A stretch of DNA of 64,000 nucleotides from Isurus oxyrinchus. Lineage: Eukaryota. This document shows positions 25,601 to 36,971 of this stretch, one piece after another (the first letter of the stretch is position 1; every line of letters starts with the position of its first letter). The notes under the pieces were generated by a model. It had not been told where the DNA came from, searched no databases, and saw only the letters and a list, made by a program, of their open reading frames with translations. The position numbers and the translations under genes are program-made. The DNA lies in contig JANJGN010000001.1 in assembly GCA_026770705.1 (NCBI GenBank), positions 128,588,001-128,652,000 on the forward strand, read 5' to 3'.

Positions 25601-26547
25601 TTTGAGGCCTTTATCATCTAACTAGTTTGTTTTAGATTCAAGTGGCTTGAATTACCAGTTAAATTGCAAAAGGTTTACAAAACGCCAGAAACATTTAACC
25701 AAAGGGGAAAGGAGAGGTTCAAAATTCAATGGCACATCGTTGAGTGCTTTCAGCATTTTGTCTAATCTCTTTGGGAGCTGGTATTGTGACTGCAAACTGG
25801 AATGAAAGGCTGCCAAGTTTTGTATTTTGGACATGAGATCCATCTTTAAATTATTTTTTGTATCACAGCATCTGCTATTTTAGAAACCACACCTTTAAAG
25901 CTTATTCCTCGTTTTGTGATGCTGAAAAATGGGACGAGGAAATGGCAGAAATATTTATGCTGACTCCAAGAAAGAGAGCCTTGTTAGGATTTTACAGTAA
26001 CCCACTCAGGAGAAGTTGCTCCCTTGATAACTGTGCTGGCTCTTGCTTTTTCACACATTCAATGTGTCCTTACATTTAGTAAGAGAATGCATTGTGCCTA
26101 ATCAACCTATGTAACAAAGCTAGCATAGCACTTAAACAATCAGCAGACTATTTCTGGGACAGTCTTTTAAAAGTTACTTATTTCGAATTCGTCAAAAAAA
26201 ATACTCTAAGGAGGTCAAAGTCAAATCCAGATCTAGACTAATAGAGCGGATGTACAGATCAGCCATGATCTAAATGAATGGCGGAGCAGGTTTGAGGGGA
26301 TTGAATGGCTTGCTCCCTTTCTACAAATCAAGTTTCCAGGGCTGACGTGAAAAGAGCAGTTCCCTTTTTATGTCCTACATGCTACCCACAAAAAGTGCGG
26401 CCAAGTGCTAGACAGGCTGTTATGGCTGGATCATCCCTTCCAAAAGCAACAGGGGAGGGGAGGGGAGAGAAACGGAGTTAGGAATTGAAGGCAGGTCATA
26501 GCTGTCAGGTTTTATTCTGCAGATTAAAAGGAATGATTTGTCCATAC

Positions 26548-26571
26548 CCATAAATTCAATTCCAAGATGCT
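26548..26571 (-). CDS. NRG1: NRG1 linker-1 microexon: (K)HLGIEFM(E)
   Basis: 24 nt, cattggcag|AGCATCTTGGAATTGAATTTATGG|gtatgg. Matches the NRG1 beta1 linker KHLGIEFME. Confidence 0.96.
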
Positions 26572-28111
26572 CTGCCAATGCAGAAAGTTGACAATAAAAA
26601 GAAAGGAAAAAAACAAGGGAAAAAAAGTTTCAGAAAAGAGCAGTACAACATACTGGGGGAAAAAATTCACACGAGTAACATGATTAGCCTGCACACGAGA
26701 GACAAAGATGAGTGGCAACATTCCGGAGGAGACTGTGCTCATATAAGCTGCTTTATCCTGGTGCAAAGTACATGCTTTTCAAAGAAAGAGAACACGAGCG
26801 CTGGGGGGCGGGTGGGGGTGGTGGGGGAAAGAGAAAAAAAACACACTGGAGGTTTGAAAATATAATCGGCAATCCATTTGTCTGGAGGAATAAAATATAA
26901 GAAAACTTTCTGGTAATGATGCAAGGACATTTTGGGGAGATTCAGCTGATTTTCCTTTTTTTGCTCCCTTTTGTTTCACGAGGTAGAACGATGCCTTTCA
27001 TAGTTTATCTGAACTTGACAAAATGGTTTACTGGCTGGTTTGTTTAGATGGGTTCAGGCCCAGTAAAATAATATTTTTTTAAAAATTACATTTATGTCCA
27101 AGGCACCTAATGGTCAATAGCAGTGAAATTTTAAGGAGTGAGGTTTATGTTCAGGAAAAATGTGCAGTGCGGCCGGATATTTATTTTCACTGAATTACAC
27201 CTAAAGATGTTGCATTCTTTTTTTATTTGCCCCAGGTCGGAGGGAGCCATCTGCCCCAGCCTAAATGATGGATGTTTGCTCGAAGGATGTCAAATGGAGT
27301 TCGAAATTCAGTGTGCTTGAATATTTTGACACACAGCCAACACATCGTTTAAATATCCTGAAAATCCTGCTTGGTTGTTGGGTTGCGAGGGAGTGAAACT
27401 ATCAGCCTGACCTGAAGTGTATTTTCAAACCCACCAAGTTCAGATAACTTCAAAAAGGCACCGTGTAAAGGCGTAGAGCATTATTATTTTAAAAATTCAA
27501 GTTGATGATCGTGATAATAATTGCCCTTCAAAACAAATATTATGTTGAGGAAAAAAAAAACAAATTATTGCACAAAAATGGTGATTTCAAAATGCTCGCT
27601 TAATTTTTGCCTTAAATGATCTGAAGGATTAAACTTTAGTTTCCTTAGATGGTCCTGCAGTCCTGCATGAGCACCGCTAACAATACACATTAGTTACGTT
27701 AGAAAAGAGAAACAAAGCAAGGGTTAAATAGCGGGCATGCTGCAGCATGCATATTGGTACACTAATATCGCTGATTTACACTTAGACAAATGTTAGGCGG
27801 AACTACAATCACGGGAGAGGAAAATTCATTCAGATCAGGGGTCAGGAGAGGGTCATCAAAAATGGGTAAAACATAATAATTGCATGAACGTTAGAATGGA
27901 TAATACAATATTAAGGATGCATGCTCATGGCACAGGGACTTGTTGATTCAGCATGCATCACTCATTCCACAGACATCTGAACCCTTCACTGAACCCCGCC
28001 AAGCTATGCCATTCAACTAACTAAAGGATACAGACAGTTGCATTAAAGAACTGGCTACAGCAATTAAAACTATCTGGTTACTGTCAGGCTACCACTTAAA
28101 ATATTTTCTAC

Positions 28112-28141
28112 CTTGTAAACTCCTATAAATTGGCTTTCCAT
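28112..28141 (-). CDS. NRG1: Candidate 30-nt juxtamembrane linker microexon (N)GKPIYRSLQ(E)
   Basis: gttgcattcctgtttgag|ATGGAAAGCCAATTTATAGGAGTTTACAAG|gtaga. Symmetric phase 1-1 and stop-free, but the GAG acceptor is weak. Confidence 0.4.
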
Positions 28142-28799
28142 CTCAAACAGGAATGCAACACGACAGTAACAATGCCAGTAAATAAGGAACAACTTAGTTC
28201 GGTTTCAATTTTTTTCCACCTAATCTTAAAAATTAAGAACAGCAAAACATTGAATTCTCTATTTCTACATCAGCTGAGCCAACAGGGCAATTCAGTAATG
28301 ACAAAAGGATGCAACACATTTGCTGAAATGGACATGCCAAAGGATAATTTTACTTCCGGGTAGCTACTGTCTAAAACTACATTGACCTGGGAAGCAGATT
28401 GACACTAAAATTTAGGCCGAGTACAATTTAACAAAACCATTTCTGTCAGCTATTTGCAAAACATCAACAGACAACATCATTGTGTGAAACCTTACGTGCA
28501 GAATGTGGAGGTATTAAATGGTATGGTAATGTTAAAAGGGGGGGGCGTGGCGTGCTGATATTCAGTGCAATGGCTTCCACACAGGCAGCCCAAATCATGT
28601 GTAATCTTCAGGTGAAAGGAGGTTAAAGGCTGGGGAATAATTGGACTGGCAACAAAATTGCGTCCTTATATTTTATTGTGAGATCCCATACCCACATTTA
28701 CAGAAGGAACAGTCCATGGAAAATTTGTTGCACAGTAATGAAGCCCTCCCACCAGTTGGTGGTGCTAATACAGTCTGTCTCGGCAGGAAACATGGCATC

Positions 28800-29520
28800 T
28801 GGGCCCACTTAATCATGGAAGGGGCCCTACTTCCCTCGCCCGGCGTGGTAAGGCCTCCCCCAATTAAGTTGGAGGGTGGAAGGGGCTGACGTGGGATTCT
28901 CAGCCGCTGGAGCCGGGATGTCAATTAGGCTCATTAATGAGCTAATTGACACATATAATCTCGAGCCCACCGCAATTTAGCTCAGGGATTAAATGGAGGC
29001 TGCATGGCTTTCTCTCACTGCTGCCTCCGCCCCCACCCCCCGGAGGTCCATCTAGTGAACCCAAGGTTTGTCAGCGGCGTTTCAAGGTGGGGGGAGGGGG
29101 GTGGGGGGGGATTGCCTTGTAATCAGGCACTCCGTGCCCAATCAAGGGACCCAGCATCTGGAAGGAGGGTGCGCTGAAAGCCACCCACTTCCCTTTAATT
29201 TTCCTCCTACCACCCTTCCCTCCTCTCGCAACCCTCAACCCAATATCACTCTCCTGTGGCCTGGGCTCCCTTGGCAATTCTGGGCCTCTGGTGGGTGTGC
29301 TGTCACTGCTCCCACTGCTGCTGGCCGCATGAGGCGGTGCCGGGCTCTGACTGGCTGGACTTCCGAGCTCAGTAGCAAGGGGAAGGCATGGTAGCGGCCA
29401 GTTAAGTGCCTGAGGGGCAACTGATTCCATCGGGCCTCCCCCACGGAACTTACAGGGGTTCCAACGCCTGTTCACCGGTCAGTGGGTGAGACCCCCTTTG
29501 GCCTGACCGAATCCTGGCTA
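28800..29520. mobile_element. Degenerate GC-rich TIR-family element
   Basis: GC-rich island with aattagg/cagttaagtgcc motifs shared with 1302-2167, ending aatcctggc. Boundaries approximate. Confidence 0.45.
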
Positions 29521-32500
29521 TAGCGTCTACACTGGCCGGAGGATATCATTACTGTGCAACAGATTTACATAAGCTGTCCTCATTGTAAATGTAAGAATTT
29601 ATAACAGCATAAGTTGATAGGTACATGCAGATACCAAGACATTTAAAATATTAACAGATAAATGGCTTAATGGGAGCTCCGCTGGGTCAGAATAAAGTTA
29701 AATAATAAAATGTGGGTGAAAAAGTGCTATCAAAACGAACAGTGGAATAAATGGTCATTCATGACCATCCTGTCTACGGCTATCATGTACATTGGACCCA
29801 AGCCTTATCTGTCCAATAGTTTTGTTTGGAAAAATAAATAAATAGAGGTTTGGAGCTCTGGAATGCGCAATTGAGGAATTATCAGCTGCATTTGGCTGGA
29901 ACTAGTGGACCCTTATCATATCCTTTTCCCTTTGTTTTTTTGTAATAACACAATCATTGGGCACTCATTGGAATGCATATTGCCTGAGGCTGGTCAGAGC
30001 AACATTCTGTCTGAGGCTACAGGAAGGTTGGAGTTACAGTATCGTGCTTTTGGAAGGCAAGACGTCTGAGCTGTTGTTTCCTTCATAACGCTATCAGCAT
30101 TCCTTAATGTTTCCTCAGTATGTTATTCAGATAGCAGACCCATCCTCAGCACTGGGCCTGATATACAGCTTCTTGCAGCCAATGAGCCTTTTCATATTTG
30201 TTATGCTGAAGCTCCCTACCTGACACTATTGTGGAGACAACATCACCGCAAGGGATTGCGGTGGTTCGAGGAGTAGGTCCACCACCATCACCTTCTCAGG
30301 GCAACTAGAGATGTCAGCCTTGTCAAAACTGCTTACATAAATAAATAAAAATAATCTTTTCCAACGAAGCAGGGTGTGGGAGAGATTTAAAGATATTTCA
30401 GTAATGTAAAGTTTCACACTGATATATTAATTTACCAATAGCGGAGAGACCAAATATGAAAAATATTCTCCCTCTGTTTTTTTTTATTGCAAAAAATGAT
30501 AAACCAGCGTAATATATGCCAATCACTTTTTAACCATCAATTACTTTCCTGTTTTTGATCTCGCTAATAACTAAATGGGTGATGGAGGATCTCAAGTATA
30601 ATGGGAAGTTGGAAATGTTATTGCAAAAGAGCCATACTGACCTTTCCAATTATTCTCGCATAGAGGGCACAATCTTTTGCTCAAGGTAGTCTAATAGATT
30701 TGGAATACTGCATTGGCCCAGTGATAGTGTGGGGTAAAATTCTTCAGTTCACTCCTATGCTGATGGCTATCACTGAATTTTTAAACAATGTATTTCTGTC
30801 AATTTTGCCTCTGCTTCATGCTAGAATATTTGGACTTCATTTATTGACAGTCTGCTTGTGAGGCTCATCTTGAGCAGTTTTCACTCTCCCTCTTCCATTA
30901 CCCCTTCCCTCAACATCTTGGTTTCCTTCACTGTCTTTTTCACTCTCCCTCTCCCTTTTTTGGTACTCTTCATCCTTTCCCTTCCTCGCCTGGTCTTCTT
31001 CTTCTACTCTCTCTTCCTACCCCCCACCCCACCCAAGTGCTTTTATTGCTGTCCATTTCCCTCTGGTTCTTCACTCTGTGCCCCGACACGCCTCTGCCTA
31101 CCCTCATCTCATGTCACATGCACAGCAAGAACTCCTCCACAGGAAAACCTCTGCCCCTGAAGCTTTATCTTGTACATATGCCTCCTTCCTATAGACTACA
31201 CAGGGTCCATAATATAAAATGGATTGAGCGTTAAGAGCATAAATGATTCAGTTGTAAGTTGGTAAGTGAATCCCTTTAAGTGACATCCCTCTCCAATTCC
31301 AGGTGGCATCCGCATATCAGACAAGGATCATCAGCCTGGATCAGTGGGAGCCATTTGCCAGTCCTGATAAGGATTCCTGTGTCCATTATTTCACAATCTT
31401 GCTATCTATTCTGCTAATGTAAACACCAAAATATCACTGCAATACATTGTGGCATGAGGGAGCCTGTTTTTCTTTAAACTGTCAAAGCTCCTGTCTCGCT
31501 TGTGTTTCACAGTTACTGGAGGTCCCAATTATGCTTTTAAGATTGCTACTGTTAGAGCCAAGCTGCAAACGTTTGTACTGTTCATTGGACATTGATTACA
31601 GAAAGGATCAGATCTGTCCATTCGGAGACCCACTTGCAAGGTTATATGAATGGTGGGCTGTGCGAGTATCTAGGCGCACTCTGCAATGAGAGTTACACAC
31701 CTACGCTGTGAAATCTGCAAGTTCACAATCTGCCTTGTTTGCCTCTCTGCACACATCAGTAAGAAATCCCTGACACAGGAGTGGCTGCTCTGCAGAATCG
31801 GTGGATGCCCAGATTCCTTCTTACAATTGCCCCCACAGTATAAAAAGGTGCTGCCTGGAATGGATATTTTTTTGCCCTTTTCCTGGACTCCTCAGATTGT
31901 TACCAAAGGGCTGTGGCAGGAAATGGGTTGTAGAGGGTTGACTGCAGGTTAGACACCCCGGACAACTGTCCTTTCAATTGGGCAGCCAATCTGCTCCCAT
32001 CCATTTTGCCCTTCTGCTGCAGTTGAATTTCACCCTGTGACTTCATTACATCGGTGAAATTAATGCTTCTTTGGGTCAGACGAAAGTGGGCTGGGTGTTG
32101 TGTTAATTGTGTTAATGAGAAAACTGCAAAACTATGAGTTACTAATATGGAATATTTGCATAAAATTGGTGTTGTCCATTCCACTTCCCCAAGAACCACA
32201 GTCCCTGCTTCTGAATATTTCTTTAATACAGTGCATCAACCCAGCATAGCCCCACTTCCTCGTGTCTTCCAAGATTGTCCCTCTCTGAGGTGAGAAAATA
32301 CTATTCTTCATTGAATCATAGAATATTACAGCTCAAAAAGAGACTATTCTGCCCATAAACTCCACCCTAGTGTTTTTCTCAACCTAGCCTAGTGCCATTC
32401 TCCCACTTATAGTCTTAACGTCAGACCCAGTCTAATCTCATATTCTTCCTCACTCTCCATTCACTTTAAAATTCTACATGATCTAATCCAATCCTTCTGC

Positions 32501-32899
32501 TTGCTCCATGCCCTGGTAACACTCCTGTTTTTAAAACTATCCAGCTCACTCTTAAAATGACTTATGACTCTGCTGTGACACCAGTTTGAGACAGAGAATT
32601 CCATATTCTCCCCCACTCTTCCCATAAAGACTCATTTTCTAACCTCACCTTCAATTCTTTTTGTGATTATTTTCAAGTTGTGTCCTCGTTATTATTTTGT
32701 CAATCTAGCAGAAACAATCTATCACTGTGCACTTTATTCTAAGTTGTCACTTGATAGTACAGAACTTGAGTATTGCTAAAAATAGAGACATGCTGTTAAA
32801 CCTTTTCACCTTGCAATCATTAGCACAGGTTCACAAGAATACCAAATCCAAAGGGGCCAACAATTTATACTGCATGAGAAGAGGGTGCTGTTTAGTATT

Positions 32900-33030
32900 C
32901 TTACCAACTAATAAGCACACTCTTCTCATACAGCATGAATTGTTGTTCCTTTTAGATTTGGTATTCTTGCGAATCTGTCCTGATGAGTGCAAGGTGAAAA
33001 GCTTTGACAGAATGTCTCTTTTTGCAGCAA
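32900..33030 (+). mobile_element. Penelope-like retroelement terminal fragment
   Basis: Homologous to about 54150-54270 (ctcttctcatacag...ggtattcttgcgaat...atgtctctttt) and carries the hammerhead core. Confidence 0.55.
32974..33011 (+). ncRNA. Minimal type I hammerhead ribozyme fold (Penelope-like remnant)
   Basis: TCTGTC CTGATGA GTGCAAGGT GAAA AGCTT T GACAGA: conserved core boxes, 6-bp stem I, palindromic stem III. Confidence 0.65.
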
Positions 33031-35074
33031 TTTATTATAAGTCTTCATAATCTCACAGGCCTTTCACAAATTGTCACTTACTCAGCTGTTAAAAAAGCCC
33101 CGATTTCTCATGGCTCTCTCTAGACTGTAGCTTTATCCCTTTTTCCATTGATTTTATACCCTTCCTTATGTGGGGGCAGCCAGAATGGGGTTTCCAATTC
33201 CTTTGACATCAATTATGTCACTCCATACCTGCAAAGTTTTGAACTTTGGGAAATGCCCACTTTTCTAATGGCCTGTATATGCGCCCAATTTTTCTTCTTG
33301 TACACTTCCTCAGCATATCATTATTGACACCTCACATCTCTTCCTCTGGCCAAGGGATGGGACAGGTGGGCTGAAGGATGCTTTGTGCCTTCTTGCTCAG
33401 TAGACTGATTGATACAGGTCAAAAGGAGCATAGGCAATGGAACGAGTTGGATAAGGTGTTGGGGGTACCTAACGCACAAGGGAAACACTCAGTAAAGAGC
33501 CCAGCGGAGAACTAAAGAAATTCACCACCCACTGTGAGAGTTGTGATGGATTCCTTTAGCATGTTTCCTTGGGCCATTGGAACTCTGACCTCTGGCATTC
33601 TCCCCTCATGTGTTCCTATTTTCTTTCCTTACTGGTCCTTTGATAAGGAAACATAGGGAAGGCAACAATCACTGTGCATCCTTTGTTTCCCTGAGGGAAT
33701 TAAGAATGAACCATGTGGTGTGAGACTGGGATCACATGATAGCTATATCAGGTAGGGGGTGGCAGATTCCTTTCTTGTTATATATTAGTGAACCATTTGG
33801 GTTTTTTCTGTAGTTTTGGTGCTTCCACAATCACTTTCTGGTGCTAGTCCACAAATAGCCATATATCAGACTGATATCATGAATGGCGTATTGCTTCACA
33901 AGAAGAGTACACTTGTTTAACATCAATCTTGGTACTCAAAGAGTTAACCATGTCCCTGTTGTTTCCCTGACACTCTCATATTTAAAGTTGTGCCCTTGCT
34001 TTAACTCTTGTCTGTTCACCTTATAATGATTCACAGTTCCAACAATAACTTGAAAGAATAGGATCCTTGCTTTCTCTTGCAATCTCCTTCTTTGGTTTTT
34101 CCCTTTGTATCTTTGCTCTGTAGGACTCCAACACTCAACTGCAGAATGTGACGGTGACAAACGTGTACTGTTGCTAACATACTATCTTTCTTTGATCCCT
34201 ACAGTTCCCCACCTTGCTTTATTCTTCATTCCTCTTGAACGCATCCTTGGCTTTTATTGATTAAGCTAGCACTAAGCAAGAGGCCCGGGGTGATTTATAA
34301 TGCCACAGAAAATAGTCATTCCCTCTTCCATCAGTCACCATTGTGTTTGTTTCATGTAGAGTCACAGATCCTTAGCTAAGCTGCTGTGTAGACGTTACAG
34401 AGCATGGCATCATCATTTATCTTGCCATCAATATCTAACAGCTATTGTACTTGTATTCATTTTTGTCTGTGCCTTTGCTGTGGTTTTATATTCCTTGTGG
34501 GTCTTCAATGCTACAGTTCCTCACTGTACATTACAATTTAATGACCATACAGTAAATCCCCCTCATTTTGCCCCAATCCCTTCCTTCCAAATAATACTGA
34601 TCACTGGAGCCCTACAAAACTGATAGCAGGAGCGTCAATATGGGTTCTCTATCTGTGAAAAAATCATGAAGTGACTTACTTTTAAAGCTGTGATATTTTA
34701 CAAGTTGGTAAAAGGGTTATACGTCTGGATCAGTACATAAAATCTCAGCTTTCTGCAATGAATTTGCTTTCGTGCTTTCTCCACAGTTGTCTCCTCCTGT
34801 CCTGAAAGGATCAACTCCTTGCTTGGGTCTGGGTTCCAAATGGACAAAGAACCCCTCCAGTGCCTCACCCAAGGGACAATTAGGATCGTGTATTGAGCTG
34901 TGGAAAGAAGCTGTGCCCAGTCACCAAGATTCACTATCGACGGAGTTTTTCTCACTATCTAGCCAAGGGATACTGGGGGCTAAATATCGTGCTCCTACTT
35001 AAATGCTGATTGAAGTCAGTGGACTCGGCACAGACCGGGGTTTGAGTACACGACCTTACTGGATAAAGTCATTG

Positions 35075-35204
35075 GGGATTCATTTTTAACTTTTGGCAAT
35101 GGTATAAAATGGTAACTCGAATGGAAGGGCAAACTGGGCTTGAGTTCAGTGTCCAGCCAATTAGATATGCCAATTTACACTGTCACCGAAAGTTAAAATT
35201 CCCC
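35075..35204. mobile_element. Short degenerate MITE
   Basis: Inverted ends ggggattcatttttaactttt / aaagttaaaattcccc. Confidence 0.45.
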
Positions 35205-35985
35205 TCCAAGGAGGCATTAGGTGAACACTAAATCAATTCTTTACCAAGGTGTATGCTACAATGAACCTTTATATGCTGAGGTCAGTTCTCAAATAATATT
35301 TTTTGTTCTAATAGTTACATACTGCCTGATTTCCTATCATTTTTGTCTCTAACTATTTTGTATTTGTTGTTAATTAGTGAAGCCATCTCCCAGTTATCTT
35401 TCTCTCATCTCCAATCCTTTTGAACATCAACATCTCTGCCAGACATCACCCCCTGGGAATGATTGCAAATCTGTAGTGCTTATTGTTAAAACACTGTCAT
35501 CTTTCTCCTTGTCATCTTTCTGTGACCCTTCTGAATCTACAGTCCTTATTACCGAGCAGAATTAACTTTCATCCCATGATATTCTGCATAAATCTGCAAT
35601 CCTTATTATTGAACATCATCATCTTGGAACCTTCACTTTTTACTTGCAATCTGTTGGTCTATCTTCCTCTTACCTTGCCCCTTCTAGTGAACACATTCAT
35701 TCACACCCCCTACCCCTTCATCTCCCTTTCACCTCCAAATCTGCTATCCTGATCAACAAATGCAACATTAAACACTGCTCTGCAAGTCCTGCTATTGATT
35801 GCATGCTGCAGGCAGGTGCAATGGCTTCAGTCCGCCTGCTTTTTGTTCTCTTCTCGGGGAAGGGGTACCGTCTGAGTGAAGATAGAAATTTGAGGTCGAG
35901 GTGAAACAGCGGTAGCAGCAATAACAACAACACTGGCAGCAGCAGCAGGAGCAGGAATCAACAGTGTGACAAAGCATGCTTCAAT

Positions 35986-36014
35986 TCAGGGGGAGACAGA
36001 AGAAGTGGACGTAC
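35986..36014 (-). CDS. NRG1: Beta3-type read-through extension STSTSSVSP* (isoform without a transmembrane domain)
   Basis: Reading through the beta donor gives AGT ACG TCC ACT TCT TCT GTC TCC CCC TGA, which starts like mammalian beta3 STST. Confidence 0.65.
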
Positions 36015-36073
36015 TGTAGAAACTGGCCATTACGTAGTTTTGGCAGCGGTCACCAGTAAATTCATTTGGACAC
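36015..36073 (-). CDS. NRG1: NRG1 EGF beta exon: CPNEFTGDRCQNYVMASFY
   Basis: Peptide matches mammalian NRG1-beta as recalled. 59 nt, long CT-rich tract then ttgtcag acceptor, donor gtacgt. Confidence 0.97.
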
Positions 36074-36903
36074 CTGACAAGACAAATAAAATGAGAGAGA
36101 AAGAGAGGAGAGAGAAGATAAGTAACTGTCAGGATAGAGTCACCTTCAGCACCAGGTCTCATTACCTTGATGTGGTCACCGTTTAATCCATTTTACCTGG
36201 AAATCAACATCTCCGCAACGCTCAATAATTGCTGGTTTAACACAGCAAAAAAAAAAGATTTTTTTTTATTATTCAGCAGGTGCATTTACAAGCCATGAAA
36301 ATTCAACTCCTTCAAGTGAGTCTGGAACTGTACATCTGAACCAAATTAAAGTTAAGGGAGAAAGAGCATTAGAGAGAGTACATATTTACAAATTTAGATG
36401 AAGCAAAATTTAATCCTCGATTTTAGAATTGCCTTATTGGAAGTGCCAAATTTCTATCAATTTATCAGTACTGTTGACCAAGTCCTTTTCTAAGTGATCA
36501 CTTGTGTATATGAGAGGAGATTGTTCATGATCTACTTCCTCGGAAAAGACCCTCTCCAATTCCTGTCCCAAAACAATTTGGGACCATTGAACTATACGAC
36601 TGGGGAATGAAAAGGATGGAGAAGATTTTGATAGCTGTAAGCACATCCTACAATGGTGAGGAACTGAATCTGTACTGTACTGTTTCTCAAAGTAATAATA
36701 CAAAAGAACGATAAGAACAGCAAACAGTACGAGATTACTGAGGGGCCTGGTTACAGTATCAGAAATTGCCCAAATCAAAAAATAATTCACATTTTAAAAG
36801 TATCTTTCTTTCTGAGCAGTGACAACACCAAGGACTATTTCTGTTGAGCTGCAGGGGAGAGAGAGAAAAAAAAAACCACAGGCATGATTATATCTTCACA
36901 TAC

Positions 36904-36971
36904 GTTCAGGTGTAAAGACTCTCATGGGTACAGTCTCTGTACATCTTTCTCCGGTGAATCCGGGATCACAC
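36904..36971 (-). CDS. NRG1: NRG1 EGF alpha exon: CDPGFTGERCTETVPMRVFTPE
   Basis: Acceptor ttctaccctccag, donor gtatgt, 68 nt. Resembles mammalian NRG1-alpha CQPGFTGARCTENVPMKV. Confidence 0.93.

Noticed and set aside
27560-27720. Possible beta4-like linker exon after tandem acceptors
   Set aside because: No convincing in-phase donor and no similarity to known linker peptides.
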